Source: Sphingobacteriaceae bacterium (GTDB taxonomy: Bacteria > Bacteroidota > Bacteroidia > UBA7662). From it: DNA of 64,000 nucleotides. A model generated the notes under the pieces. It saw only the letters and a program-made list of their open reading frames with translations, made no database searches and was not told the DNA's origin. The stretch is from positions 16,568 through 80,567 of the forward strand of contig PNNG01000035.1 of the NCBI GenBank assembly GCA_013824115.1, read 5' to 3'. Positions within the stretch are counted from its first letter, which is position 1. Every line of letters begins with the position of its first letter. Positions 31,328-41,322 of this stretch are shown here, piece after piece. Both the position numbers and the translations under genes were made by a program.

Positions 31328-31915
31328 ATGAGATACCTGTATACTTTTCTTTTTGGCGCCGCATTGGCCATTTTCGGTTTCAGCAGCAGCCAGGCGCAAA
31401 TCAACGGTCCCCGCTGGAGCGCCGAGTTCAACGTACTTTGGCCCATTTTTCCGGGAAATATCTACAAGCCCCTGGTGGTGTACCGGCTGTGGCAGCAAGA
31501 ACAGCTGGCGGGTGATTTGGCGGTCGGTTTACATATTCGCCCTTTTGAGTACAGGCCTGAGGAAGGTGATTTTTCGAACTACGCCCTCACCTTGGGTTAC
31601 CGGCAGTATGTGTGGCGTGGATTGCACTTCGAGGCCTATCAAGCATTTGGTCCGGGTTTCAACCGCAACAATGTGGTAAACGGGGCTGATTATGTGAGCT
31701 GGGATTACGAAATAGGTGCTTTTGCAGGTTATCGCTGGTGGTTGGGAGAGAGTTTCGGCAAAAAAAGTACCCAGTTTCGGCCCTACGTACTCATGCAGCA
31801 TGGCGTAATGTACTTGGCGGCGCAGTCGAACCCGCACCCTATTGTGGGACAAACATCGGAACGACCGTTTTATGCTGGCTCACTGCATGTGGGATTACAG
31901 TTTGGCAGAAAATAG
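31328..31915 (+). CDS. Outer-membrane beta-barrel protein
   Basis: Signal peptide; LGYRQY, FAGYRW; terminal LHVGLQF. Confidence 0.7.
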   Translation: MRYLYTFLFGAALAIFGFSSSQAQINGPRWSAEFNVLWPIFPGNIYKPLVVYRLWQQEQLAGDLAVGLHIRPFEYRPEEGDFSNYALTLGYRQYVWRGLHFEAYQAFGPGFNRNNVVNGADYVSWDYEIGAFAGYRWWLGESFGKKSTQFRPYVLMQHGVMYLAAQSNPHPIVGQTSERPFYAGSLHVGLQFGRK

Positions 31916-31934
31916 TGTTGTCCAGCTGTTAGAT

Positions 31935-31975
31935 AAAAAACCGCCGGAAACAAGCTTCCGGCGGTAGGGTTTTTG
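31935..31975. terminator. Intrinsic terminator between convergent genes
   Basis: A6-CCGCCGGAA...TTCCGGCGG stem. Confidence 0.8.
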
Positions 31976-31986
31976 GGGTTGAAAGC

Positions 31987-32688
31987 CTAGTTGGAGCGTC
32001 CATAGCCGCCACCGCCTATTTTCAGACGTACATAGAAGCCGGAGGGACGGAAATCGGGTGTTACTGTCATAGTGCGTTCGTTCATTTTGAAGCTGGCATT
32101 GGTAGGGCTTACAAATCCGCCCACCGACAAGCCAATCATGGTGCCTCCGCTGCCGTTTTCATCGCCACCCCCCAGGATGCGGTAGGCGAAATTGAGGGAG
32201 ATGTCGAGCAGGCTGTTGTTGCTGTTCACATGTACAACCTGGTTAGGGTTGGCCAGGGCGGCGTTGAGGCTGGTAGCGGTATTGTTGTCTTCGAGCTGCA
32301 TATTGGTAGTCAATGCTCCAAAGCCAATCATGGGGTACAAAAAGCTCTTTTTGTTGGTATGAAAAGCGTAGCCCAACTGAAACATGCCATAGCCGGCTGT
32401 AAAACGGCCATTGGTGTTGTTGCGGCCAAAACTTTCATAGGCCATGCTGCCGCCTGAGCCACCAATGAGCAGGTTGTTGATCATTCCCATGCCCGAACCG
32501 CCACTGGTGAGGTAGTTACCGCCTAAGGTAGTATAGCCATTGGCGCTTAACAGGCTGTTGATAGGACTGAGGTTAATGCTGGTGAAGCCCGGTTCAAAGA
32601 AGCCAAATCCACCGAAATAGCCTTTGGGTTGTGCACTGGCCAAGAGGCTACCTCCTGCCAAAAGTGCGAAAAGGATGATTTTTTTCAT
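31987..32688 (-). CDS. Exported Gly-rich probable beta-barrel protein
   Basis: Signal peptide MKKIILF; GYGMFQLGY; terminal FYVRLKIGGG. Confidence 0.65.
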   Translation of the reverse strand: MKKIILFALLAGGSLLASAQPKGYFGGFGFFEPGFTSINLSPINSLLSANGYTTLGGNYLTSGGSGMGMINNLLIGGSGGSMAYESFGRNNTNGRFTAGYGMFQLGYAFHTNKKSFLYPMIGFGALTTNMQLEDNNTATSLNAALANPNQVVHVNSNNSLLDISLNFAYRILGGGDENGSGGTMIGLSVGGFVSPTNASFKMNERTMTVTPDFRPSGFYVRLKIGGGGYGRSN

Positions 32689-32981
32689 GATTTAAGAGAA
32701 ATATAGGTTTGCAATGCGGTTACGTAAGCCGCCAGGGCTTCGCGGCCTTGTGGGGTGATGGTGCAGTTGGTGCGTGGCCGTTTGCCAACGAAGTCTTTCA
32801 CCACGTTGATGTATCCCGCCTCCTGCAACTTATCGATTTGAACACTTAAATTACCGGCAGTGGCACCGGTGCGCTCTTTGAGGTACACGAAATCGGCCGA
32901 TTCTACCGACACCAGTACCGATATCACTGCCAGTCGCAGCGATTGGTGCAAGAGCGGATCGAGTTCTGCGAATTCAGGCAT
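32685..32981 (-). CDS. Winged-helix transcriptional regulator (HTH_34/ArsR-like)
   Basis: LDPLLHQSLRL, ATAGNLSVQ, GKRPRT; start MPEF overlaps the upstream stop. Confidence 0.88.
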   Translation of the reverse strand: MPEFAELDPLLHQSLRLAVISVLVSVESADFVYLKERTGATAGNLSVQIDKLQEAGYINVVKDFVGKRPRTNCTITPQGREALAAYVTALQTYISLKS

Positions 32982-33546
32982 TAGGCGCCCTCCGCAACAA
33001 GTGACCGGGTACAATGTAGCTGAACAAGATGGCTCCGGCAACACACAAGAGCTGTTGTTCAAAAGGCAGAAAAATGGCTGCAATACCAATCATCCAAGCT
33101 ATTACACCGCCCCATACCAAGGGACTAAAGCGCAAAATGCCGCCCGAAACAAAGGTGCCCAAACCATACATCCAAATGAGGATGGGATAAGTGATCTCGA
33201 AACCATACTTGACGCTCGCCAAAATAGCAATGAACAATACCACCGAAAAGCCACCCCAGAGGTAGTTTAACGCGCGGTCGAGGTGGGTTTTTACCATCGC
33301 CTCGCGTTCTTGTTTGCGACCAATGAAGATGCTGGCGATACCTGCCAAAGGCATAGCTATGGGCCATACCAGCCAATTGTACTCGTTTTCGAGCTGAATG
33401 AGCAGATAATGGGCCAAGGCGCTTGCAAGTACGGTCCAGCCCCAAAGGAGGTAGAACACACTGTTTTCGCGCAAATTACTGCGCGTGCCGGCAATCATGC
33501 TGTGGATGATCGCCAGGCTTTCTTTTTCATTGAGGTTTTTTTCCAT
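32974..33546 (-). CDS. Hypothetical six-TM membrane protein
   Basis: ESLAIIHSMI...YLLWG followed by hydrophobic helices; coupled to the winged-helix gene. Confidence 0.8.
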   Translation of the reverse strand: MEKNLNEKESLAIIHSMIAGTRSNLRENSVFYLLWGWTVLASALAHYLLIQLENEYNWLVWPIAMPLAGIASIFIGRKQEREAMVKTHLDRALNYLWGGFSVVLFIAILASVKYGFEITYPILIWMYGLGTFVSGGILRFSPLVWGGVIAWMIGIAAIFLPFEQQLLCVAGAILFSYIVPGHLLRRAPNA

Positions 33547-33701
33547 AAGGGTTAAAATTGAATTGGTTATGCAAACATAAATAGGTTTACATTATAAACC
33601 AAATTCAATTTTAAACTTGTCGATAAATGTTGGCTTTTACTGGTACGGAAAACCAACCGGGCCGGTCTGAGTTGCCCCTTGCGCCCTGCCCCTTGCCTGT
33701 C

Positions 33702-34838
33702 TCACCGGATAAAACTCATCAACAAACCCGCCGCCACAGCCGAACCAATCACGCCGGCCACATTGGGGGCCATGGCATGCATGAGTAAATGGTTGTTGGG
33801 ATCTGCCTTCAGGCCTTCGAGTTGCGAAATGCGTGCACTGTCAGGTACAGCCGATACACCTGCAGAACCTATGAGCGGATTGATTTTATTACCCTCGGCA
33901 ATGAACAGATTCATGACTTTTGCAAAAAGCACCCCACCCGCAGTAGCTACAATAAACGATATGGCTCCCAACACAAAAATCTTCATCGATTGAGGTGTTA
34001 AAAAGGTAGTTGCCTGGGTGCTCGCACCCACCGTTACGCCCAGCAGAATGGTTACCATGTCAATCATGGTGGTACGTGCTGTATCGGCCAGGCGCTTGGT
34101 AACACCCGATTCTTTCAACAAATTGCCGAAAAACAACATCCCTAACAAAGGCAAGGCACCTGGCGTAAGGAAGGTGGTGAGTAATAAACCGACGATGGGA
34201 AAGAGCATTTTTTCGGTGCGCGAAACCGCCCGCGGTGGCTTCATACGAATTTTACGCTCGGCAGGTGTGGTAAGCAAACGCATCACCGGTGGCTGCAGCA
34301 CGGGTACCAAGGCCATGTAGCTGTAAGCAGCAATGGCAATGGGGCCGATAAACTGGGGTGCCATGCGCGAAGCCAAAAAAATGGCGGTGGGGCCATCAGC
34401 TCCGCCTATGATACCAATGGCGGCACTTTCGGCGGGCGTAAACCCGAGGTAAAAAGCACCAATAAAGGTAGCAAAAATGCCCAGTTGGGCTGCTGCGCCG
34501 AGCATGAGCAAGCGGGGACTGCTGATCAAGGTACTAAAATCGGTCATGGCACCAATGCCCAAGAAAATGAGCGGCGGATACACCCCTTTTAGCACCCCCT
34601 GGTACAAATAGTTCATCACCGATCCTTCTTCGTAAATACCCAATTGCAAGCCGGCATTTTCCATGAAGGGCACATTGCCTATCAAAATGCCAAAACCAAT
34701 AGGTACTAACAGCAAGGGCTCGTACTCGTGGCGGATGGCGAGGTAAATGAACAACAAACCCACCAGCAACATCAGACCATGGCCCCAAGTAAAATTGGCA
34801 AAACTAGACGCCTCTAAAAAGCGGTAAACACCGTCCAT
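33702..34838 (-). CDS. Na+-translocating decarboxylase beta subunit (MmdB/OadB)
   Basis: EPLLLVPIGFG, GAMTDF, IGIIGGADGPT, AYSYMALVP and HAMAPNVAG motifs. Confidence 0.95.
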   Translation of the reverse strand: MDGVYRFLEASSFANFTWGHGLMLLVGLLFIYLAIRHEYEPLLLVPIGFGILIGNVPFMENAGLQLGIYEEGSVMNYLYQGVLKGVYPPLIFLGIGAMTDFSTLISSPRLLMLGAAAQLGIFATFIGAFYLGFTPAESAAIGIIGGADGPTAIFLASRMAPQFIGPIAIAAYSYMALVPVLQPPVMRLLTTPAERKIRMKPPRAVSRTEKMLFPIVGLLLTTFLTPGALPLLGMLFFGNLLKESGVTKRLADTARTTMIDMVTILLGVTVGASTQATTFLTPQSMKIFVLGAISFIVATAGGVLFAKVMNLFIAEGNKINPLIGSAGVSAVPDSARISQLEGLKADPNNHLLMHAMAPNVAGVIGSAVAAGLLMSFIR

Positions 34839-34839
34839 G

Positions 34840-35250
34840 TTAAGCCTCCAGTTCTATGAGAACATCACCTTGCAGCACCTGGGCACCGGCCTGCACCCGT
34901 ATTGCTTTCACCTTGCCGGCCATTTCGCTCAAAATACTATTTTCCATCTTCATGGCTTCCATCACGCATACTTTTTGGTCGCGCTGCACCACATCGCCAA
35001 GCTTTACCAGCATTTCGAGGATAGTACCGGGCAAGGGTGACTTGATTTGGGTATCCGACAACTTGATCTGGTTGGCAGGCATGGGAATGGGCTGGCGCGC
35101 CAGTACCGGGGTCTTGGCCTTGGCAGTGGGCTGATCGAGCACCACTTCGTAGGGGCTGCCGTTGACTTCGAGCTGGATACTGTTGCCTTCTTCTTTTTGT
35201 ACATCTACTTGGTAACGGGTACCATTGATGGTAAATAGGAACTGTTTCAT
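34840..35250 (-). CDS. Biotin carboxyl carrier subunit (MmdC-like)
   Basis: KSPLPG and EAMKM biotinylation motif; ATG at 35250 overlaps the upstream TGA. Confidence 0.92.
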   Translation of the reverse strand: MKQFLFTINGTRYQVDVQKEEGNSIQLEVNGSPYEVVLDQPTAKAKTPVLARQPIPMPANQIKLSDTQIKSPLPGTILEMLVKLGDVVQRDQKVCVMEAMKMENSILSEMAGKVKAIRVQAGAQVLQGDVLIELEA

Positions 35251-35570
35251 AGGCGGTTGCGGAATGCGCGGAGGCCCTGAAACTTCGAACTCCAGGGCGA
35301 GTAGGTGTTTTTGATGCGTTTGATGGTGAGTATACCCGATTCGGCATCGTGTTCCAAGGCGCGCAATTGGTAAATGGCTGCAGCTATTGCGGCGATTTCG
35401 TCGGCAGCAATGTCTTGTCGGGCAGCGGCTTGCTGGGCAGGTGCCAGCTTGCGATTGGCGATCAACCGGGCCAGCCGTTTGAAATTGGCAAAGGCTGCCC
35501 ACAAAATGAGCAGGGTGATCATCACACCCACATATCCCAACAGGGCAATCAGCAAGGGTGAACTATTCAT
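35247..35570 (-). CDS. Decarboxylase membrane anchor subunit (OadG/MmdD-like)
   Basis: Single N-terminal TM; EIAAIAAAI; [10 protein letters not shown] and SPWSSK motifs. Confidence 0.85.
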   Translation of the reverse strand: MNSSPLLIALLGYVGVMITLLILWAAFANFKRLARLIANRKLAPAQQAAARQDIAADEIAAIAAAIYQLRALEHDAESGILTIKRIKNTYSPWSSKFQGLRAFRNRL

Positions 35571-37126
35571 AATGGAATATTGCCGTGTTTTTTGGGGGGA
35601 TTGCTGAGCTTCTTATTTGCCAGGGTTTGCAACGCACGTATGATGCGGAAACGGCTGTTGCGTGGCTCAATGATGTCGTCGATATAGCCGTATTTGGCCG
35701 CTTCGTAAGGGTTCAGCAATTCGTCGCGGTACTGCTTTTCTTTGGTGGCGAGGATGGCATTGCGCTCGGCCGGATTGGCTGCTGCAGCCAACTCTTTGTT
35801 GTACAGCACTTCTATGGCACCTTTGGGACCCATCACCGCAATTTCGGCCATGGGCCAGGCATAGTTGAGGTCGCCCCGCAGGTGTTTGCTGCTCATCACG
35901 TCATAAGCGCCTCCATAGGCCTTGCGTAAAATGATGGTCACCTTGGGTACGGTGGCCTCGCCGTAGGCATAGAGTAGCTTGGCACCGTGCAAAATGATGC
36001 CGCCATATTCTTGTCCGCTACCGGGCAAAAAGCCAGGTACGTCTACCAGGGTTACAATGGGAATGTTAAAAGCATCGCAAAAACGCACAAAACGGGCGGC
36101 TTTACGCGAGGCATCTATGTCGAGCACCCCGGCCAAATAATTGGGTTGGTTGGCCACTATGCCCACGCTCATGCCGTTGAAGCGGGCAAAACCGGTGATC
36201 ATGTTGCGGGCGTAATAGCGCTGCACTTCTAAAAATTCATCGCCATCTACCAGCTTGTGAATCACATCGAGCATATCGTACGGCTGGTTCGGATTTTCGG
36301 GAATGATGTGGTTCAGGGCATCGTCAGCACGGTCGATGGGGTCGGTATTGGCCACCAAAGGAGGCTCTTCCATGTTGTTTTGCGGCAGGTAGCTCAGCAG
36401 TTTCCGCAGCACTTGCATGGCTTCCTCTTCGTTTTCGGTCACAAAGTGGGTTACGCCCGATTTACTGGCATGGATGCGCGCTCCGCCCAAGTCCTCCTCG
36501 CTGATGTTTTCGCCGGTAACCGTGCGGGCTACCTTTGGGCCGGTAACGAACATATAACTCTGCTTGTCGGCCATCAGAATGAAGTCGGTGAGGGCCGGCG
36601 AATACACCGCACCCCCGGCGCAGGGACCCAAAATGGCCGATAGCTGTGGAATAACACCCGAGGCCATGATGTTGCGCTGAAAGATATCGGCATAACCAGC
36701 CAAGCTGCGAACACCCTCTTGGATGCGCGCCCCGCCGCTGTCGTTCAAACCAATGACCGGCGCCCCTACGAGCATGGCCTGGTCCATGATTTTGCAGATC
36801 TTTTGGGCGTAGGTCTCAGAGAGCGAACCACCCAAAACAGTGAAGTCTTGGGCGAAGACGTAAACTAGCCGGCCGTCGATGGTACCGTGACCGGTTACCA
36901 CCCCATCGCCCAAGTATAACTGCTTATCGAGCCCAAAGGCGGTGGTACGGTGGGTAACGAACATATCGTACTCTTCGAACGAATTGTCGTCGAGCAGCAG
37001 TTCAATGCGCTCGCGGGCGCTGAGTTTGCCCTTTTGGTGTTGGGCATCGAGCCTTTTTTCGCCACCGCCGAGGCGTGCTTGGGCCCGCATTTCTATGAGT
37101 TGGCGGATTTTGTCGTGGTTCGACAT
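35567..37126 (-). CDS. Acyl-CoA carboxyltransferase subunit (methylmalonyl-CoA decarboxylase alpha, MmdA-like)
   Basis: [46 protein letters not shown]; operon context. Confidence 0.92.
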   Translation of the reverse strand: MSNHDKIRQLIEMRAQARLGGGEKRLDAQHQKGKLSARERIELLLDDNSFEEYDMFVTHRTTAFGLDKQLYLGDGVVTGHGTIDGRLVYVFAQDFTVLGGSLSETYAQKICKIMDQAMLVGAPVIGLNDSGGARIQEGVRSLAGYADIFQRNIMASGVIPQLSAILGPCAGGAVYSPALTDFILMADKQSYMFVTGPKVARTVTGENISEEDLGGARIHASKSGVTHFVTENEEEAMQVLRKLLSYLPQNNMEEPPLVANTDPIDRADDALNHIIPENPNQPYDMLDVIHKLVDGDEFLEVQRYYARNMITGFARFNGMSVGIVANQPNYLAGVLDIDASRKAARFVRFCDAFNIPIVTLVDVPGFLPGSGQEYGGIILHGAKLLYAYGEATVPKVTIILRKAYGGAYDVMSSKHLRGDLNYAWPMAEIAVMGPKGAIEVLYNKELAAAANPAERNAILATKEKQYRDELLNPYEAAKYGYIDDIIEPRNSRFRIIRALQTLANKKLSNPPKKHGNIPL

Positions 37127-37153
37127 GGGTTGGTGTTGCAGCAGTAAAGTTAG

Positions 37154-37179
37154 TAAATTGGATATAATTATCTAATTTA
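37154..37179. promoter_or_regulatory. Inverted repeat, putative operator of the decarboxylase operon
   Basis: TAAATTGGATA-TAAT-TATCTAATTTA, one mismatch in 11-bp arms, 27 nt upstream of the start. Confidence 0.5.
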
Positions 37180-37333
37180 TGAGAGATTATTTTTACAACA
37201 CCAAAAGCCTGGTTGGAATGGCATAAAAACTTTAATCAAGCTAGCCCTTTGAACCTCCCTCTTTTAGTGCGAGCTAACTTACAACCTTTCAGATCACGAG
37301 ATAAAAATGCAAACGATTGAACCAGTAATCAAT

Positions 37334-37954
37334 TCAATATCTGGCGAACTTTAGCAACAAGCCATAATCACCCAAATCGGCTGCTTTTACCGCTTTGAGA
37401 TATGCTGCTCGCGCGTCATTTTCGATTGAGAGGCTGAGAACGTCCTTCGACAAGCTCATGCCAGTACCCCAACTGAAAGCAGGTAGTTTATATATTTTTT
37501 CGATGATGATATCGGCCATGAGGCGACTGTGCCGACCGTTGCCATTCGCAAAACAATGAATGCTTACCAATCGGTGCTTGAATCGCAAGGCCATTTCATC
37601 GGGAGCATAAATGTTGTTCGCATGCCAAAAGCGGGTGTCATCCAGCAGGTACTTCAACGCAGTGGGTATTTGCCATTTGTCAATGCCAATGTTCTTGTCT
37701 GATTTGCGAAATTCACCGGCCCAAGCCCAAACATCTCCGTACATACGCTTGTGCAATTGACGGATGAACGCCTCTGTAAATACGCTGTCAGGCTTGAAGG
37801 AACGTCCCATGACCCACTGTATTGCCTGTTCAATGTTTTGCTGCTCGAACTCATTCAATTCGCCATGGGTGGCAATACTTCGAATACGCAAACCTGCTTT
37901 CTCCGCTTCGTCTAATGGCGTTTGACCATCTATGTATTCGTGCTTTAGTCCCAT
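37334..37954 (-). CDS. Mobile mystery protein B (Fic domain)
   Basis: GQTPLD, ELNEFEQQNI, VWAWAGEFR and Fic motif HCFANGNGRHSR. Confidence 0.9.
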   Translation of the reverse strand: MGLKHEYIDGQTPLDEAEKAGLRIRSIATHGELNEFEQQNIEQAIQWVMGRSFKPDSVFTEAFIRQLHKRMYGDVWAWAGEFRKSDKNIGIDKWQIPTALKYLLDDTRFWHANNIYAPDEMALRFKHRLVSIHCFANGNGRHSRLMADIIIEKIYKLPAFSWGTGMSLSKDVLSLSIENDARAAYLKAVKAADLGDYGLLLKFARY

Positions 37955-38406
37955 AAAATTTTGGGCATTTCACTTTTGATGGCTTCGGCTCTTTCCTTGA
38001 TGGCGCTTTTAAGCCGCTTCTCAGAATTAGCCTGATCTTCCAACCTCATGTGGTTGGCAGTACGCATCACAATTTGAGTCGCCAATGCTGTTGCCCTTTT
38101 TTCGATGAGTGCATCAAGCGAGCCGTCGTTCGGCACAAATCCGTACACCAACTGCATGTCCATAGCACGGGCTATTTGCTGCAACGATTTGATGGTAATT
38201 GACCCATCCGCTTCACGCTTTTCTATGTCCATGACCGCTTGTTTCGAAACATGTAGTTTGTTTCCCAATTGCTGCATCGACATACCCAAGGCGGCACGAA
38301 TGGACTTGATCCAACCAATAGGAGGAATGGCCAGCTGTTTGAGCGAGGCAAAACCTTGCAACTTGCTGTTGAGCTGTTGCAACTGAAGTACTTGTTTACC
38401 GTTCAT
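37945..38406 (-). CDS. Mobile mystery protein A (Xre-type HTH)
   Basis: PPIGWIKSIRAALGMS, LVYGFVP, HMRLEDQ; terminal LWD. Confidence 0.9.
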   Translation of the reverse strand: MNGKQVLQLQQLNSKLQGFASLKQLAIPPIGWIKSIRAALGMSMQQLGNKLHVSKQAVMDIEKREADGSITIKSLQQIARAMDMQLVYGFVPNDGSLDALIEKRATALATQIVMRTANHMRLEDQANSEKRLKSAIKERAEAIKSEMPKILWD

Positions 38407-38409
38407 AAT

Positions 38410-38492
38410 GTAAAGCTATAGCCTGACTTTAATAAGTCAAAGGTAAAGCTATTATTTTACTTTGAGAAATATATGTCAAGCTTTTGCTTTAC
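38410..38492. promoter_or_regulatory. Three 18-bp palindromic operators plus a -7 box
   Basis: GTAAAGCTATAGCCTGAC (38410), GTAAAGCTATTATTTTAC (38443), GTCAAGCTTTTGCTTTAC (38475); minus-strand TACCTTTG at 38438-38445. Confidence 0.7.
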
Positions 38493-38576
38493 TTCAATCA
38501 ACAGCATTCTAAAAATGTCGTTTCATTCAGATAGACGCTAATCATGCTTTGATTCTGGCCATCCATCAATTCGCAC

Positions 38577-38610
38577 AAAAAAAACCGGCCCTTTCGGAGC
38601 CGGTCGTTTT
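38577..38610 (-). terminator. fumC intrinsic terminator
   Basis: A8-CCGGC...GCCGG stem with a U-tract on the minus strand. Confidence 0.8.
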
Positions 38611-38624
38611 GAATTGCTGCTTGC

Positions 38625-40010
38625 TTAGATCATCTGCTTCGGATCCACCCAAGCATCAAACTGCTCGTTGGTGAGCAAGCCCAAACCAATGGCGGCTTCA
38701 CGCAAGGTGGTGCCTTCTTTGTGGGCGGTTTTCGCAATTTTGGCGGCGTTTTCGTAGCCGATGTGCGGATTGAGCGCCGTTACCAGCATCAACGAATTTT
38801 CAAGGTGACGCTGCAAAATGGGCAGGTTAGGGGCAATGCCTACCGCACACTTGTCGTTGAACGACACACAAGCATCGCCAATCAAACGGGCGCTTTGCAA
38901 TACGTTGGCGGCAATGACCGGCTTGAACACATTGAGTTCAAAGTGACCGTTGCTGCCACCAATCGATACGGCTACATCATTGCCAATCACCTGGGCGGCT
39001 ACCATGGTCATGGCCTCAGGCTGGGTGGGATTCACCTTGCCGGGCATGATCGATGAACCGGGCTCGTTGTCGGGAATGATGATTTCGCCAATGCCCGAAC
39101 GTGGACCGCTGCTGAGCATGCGAATGTCGTTGGCAATTTTCATCAACGAAACAGCCACGCGCTTGAGGGCGCCACTGAGCTCTACCATGGCATCGTGGGC
39201 TGCCAAAGCTTCAAATTTGTTGGGAGCCGTTACGAAGGGCAAGCCGGTGAATTCGGCAATTTTTTTGGCCACCAATACATCGTAACCCTTGGGGGCATTT
39301 AGGCCGGTACCTACAGCGGTACCACCCAAAGCCAGTTCACGCACCATTTCGAGGGCGTTGCGGAGAGCACGCATGCCGTTGTCGAGCTGCTGTACGTAGC
39401 CGCTGAACTCCTGGCCCAGGGTCAAAGGCGTGGCGTCCATGAAGTGGGTACGACCGGTTTTCACAATGTCTTTGAAATCGGCTGCCTTTTTGGCCAAAGT
39501 ATCACGCAGCTTCTGAATGCCGGGCAACGTAATGTCGGTCACCTGCTGGTAGGCCGCAATGTGCATGGCCGTGGGGAAGGTGTCGTTCGAACTTTGCGAT
39601 TTGTTCACATCGTCGTTGGGGTGCAGCACCTTCTTTTCGTCGGTGAGCGAACCGCCCGAAAGCACATGGGCACGGTAAGCAATCACCTCGTTGCAGTTCA
39701 TATTGCTCTGCGTGCCCGAGCCGGTTTGCCAAATCACCAAAGGAAACTGTTCGTCGAGTTTGCCAGCCAAAATTTCATCGCAAGCCAAGCCTATTAAATC
39801 GCGCTTATCAGCGCTTAATACCCCCAAATCGTGGTTGGCATGGGCTGCAGCCTTCTTCAAATAGGCAAACGCCCGGATGATTTCTTTGGGCATGCTGGCT
39901 TCGGGACCAATCTTAAAATTGTTGCGTGAACGTTCGGTTTGCGCGCCCCAGTACTTGTCGGCAGGTACTTGTACCTCGCCCATGGTGTCTTTTTCTATGC
40001 GGTAACTCAT
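38625..40010 (-). CDS. fumC: Class II fumarate hydratase
   Basis: [20 protein letters not shown] and [11 protein letters not shown] signature. Confidence 0.98.
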   Translation of the reverse strand: MSYRIEKDTMGEVQVPADKYWGAQTERSRNNFKIGPEASMPKEIIRAFAYLKKAAAHANHDLGVLSADKRDLIGLACDEILAGKLDEQFPLVIWQTGSGTQSNMNCNEVIAYRAHVLSGGSLTDEKKVLHPNDDVNKSQSSNDTFPTAMHIAAYQQVTDITLPGIQKLRDTLAKKAADFKDIVKTGRTHFMDATPLTLGQEFSGYVQQLDNGMRALRNALEMVRELALGGTAVGTGLNAPKGYDVLVAKKIAEFTGLPFVTAPNKFEALAAHDAMVELSGALKRVAVSLMKIANDIRMLSSGPRSGIGEIIIPDNEPGSSIMPGKVNPTQPEAMTMVAAQVIGNDVAVSIGGSNGHFELNVFKPVIAANVLQSARLIGDACVSFNDKCAVGIAPNLPILQRHLENSLMLVTALNPHIGYENAAKIAKTAHKEGTTLREAAIGLGLLTNEQFDAWVDPKQMI

Positions 40011-40015
40011 CTTAG

Positions 40016-40047
40016 AAGGTTCAAAGTTTAAAGTTCAAGGTTCAAAG
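40016..40047. repeat. Heptamer tandem repeat (AA[AG]GTT[CT])
   Basis: aaggttc aaagttt aaagttc aaggttc, immediately before the fumC start. Confidence 0.7.
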
Positions 40048-40341
40048 AAAATGCTTTCTAAAAGCGATTGAAATCATCCTTCCTACCGTTAGCTCGAGCG
40101 CTTCGAAAAGCCATCCTCCACAGCTGTGAGGGAGGTTTGGCGACCGACCTTATTGGCCTAACTCTAGCGCGCTGAATTAACAAGCACTGGCAATTTCAAG
40201 GTGCAAAGGTCAAAAAAATCTACTGGTTTAGTATGGGCGAGTTTGTGATTAGACCAAACATTCTTGTATCATGGCCTACAATCACCATTTCTCACAAGCA
40301 CATAAAAAGCAATCACAAGTAAAACTCCAAGGTGTTCAACC

Positions 40342-40716
40342 CTACTTTTTACCAAACTCAAACCTTTCTGAGTCATCACCAAACCAAAAATCACTCTGGG
40401 TCAACCTGAGAATTTGGATCGTATCCACACTACCATTTGTAGTAATTGTTAAATCCTCCTTATCATTGATCCAATCCCAATTTCCATCTACGCTCATTTT
40501 AGGATATCCCGGAGCACTTTCTGACAATGTCAAAGAATTATCCCGCCGGAATTCCAAAATCAACTCGCCATTAATAGCATTGCCATTGTACTTAAGCAAC
40601 GTCCATTCGCCTAGCAACCTCGCCGTTTTGCTTCTTAAACTGAAATCGGGCCCTTCCTCATACTTGCTGCAACCGAGCAGCGTCAGCACCAAAAACAGGG
40701 TTAATGTGTATTTCAT
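40342..40716 (-). CDS. Lipocalin-like domain lipoprotein
   Basis: Lipobox LLGC; KYEEGP, RLLGEW, GNW, ILRLT. Confidence 0.75.
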   Translation of the reverse strand: MKYTLTLFLVLTLLGCSKYEEGPDFSLRSKTARLLGEWTLLKYNGNAINGELILEFRRDNSLTLSESAPGYPKMSVDGNWDWINDKEDLTITTNGSVDTIQILRLTQSDFWFGDDSERFEFGKK

Positions 40717-40787
40717 AGATAGAATATAGTTTCCGCCAATTTCAATGAACACTGCTCTTAGCGCGATGCATTAAAAAGTACTCACTG

Positions 40788-41144
40788 TCACTCCTTTACA
40801 AGCTTCCACTTTTCGTTGATCGCAGTATTTAGCCAGAGTTCTTGTTCTGTGAGCCGCAATACATCAAAGCCGATTTGAATTGAATCCATATAATACATAA
40901 AGAGTTTTGATTCATCGGGGGCCCAGTGCCATGTACCAATTTTAGAGAGGAGCATAGGCTGATTGGTGAGAGCGCTAAAATAGAGGTCGTTGTTTTGCTT
41001 AAACTCATTTCTGAATTCAAAATCCAGGAAGTCATCTCCGTTGTGCTCATACATCATCCATTTGCCTACCAATAGCTCTGTACGGCTCTTTTCAACCACA
41101 GCTGGCTTGATTTCGTCTTTTTTACAACTCCACAAAGCAACCAC
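40788..41144 (-). CDS. Lipocalin-like domain lipoprotein; start codon unclear
   Basis: LWSCKKD lipobox, LLVGKW, GTW, VLRLTEQEL. Confidence 0.65.
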   Translation of the reverse strand: MVALWSCKKDEIKPAVVEKSRTELLVGKWMMYEHNGDDFLDFEFRNEFKQNNDLYFSALTNQPMLLSKIGTWHWAPDESKLFMYYMDSIQIGFDVLRLTEQELWLNTAINEKWKLVKE

Positions 41145-41322
41145 GAGCAGGCTGTAGGCATGGTATTTCTTAGGAATTTGGCGTTTAAACTAGCTTTGTG
41201 CTACACACAATTATAGCAAATTCCATTTAAAACACAAGCAAATCAAACTGTCAGAATAAATGCACCATTGCTCAAAGTAACTTAGCAAATGCGTTTAAAT
41301 ACTTCAGCTGTGGCGCATTTGA

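Noticed and set aside
34840-35502. 220-aa extended biotin carrier ORF (similar extensions on sucB, the TIGR01777 gene and NhaC)
   Set aside because: The extensions overlap neighbouring genes or promoters; downstream starts fit family lengths and translational coupling.
40271-40729. 152-aa plus-strand ORF
   Set aside because: It lies antisense to a lipoprotein gene with a clear lipobox and has an atypical Ser/Leu-rich composition.
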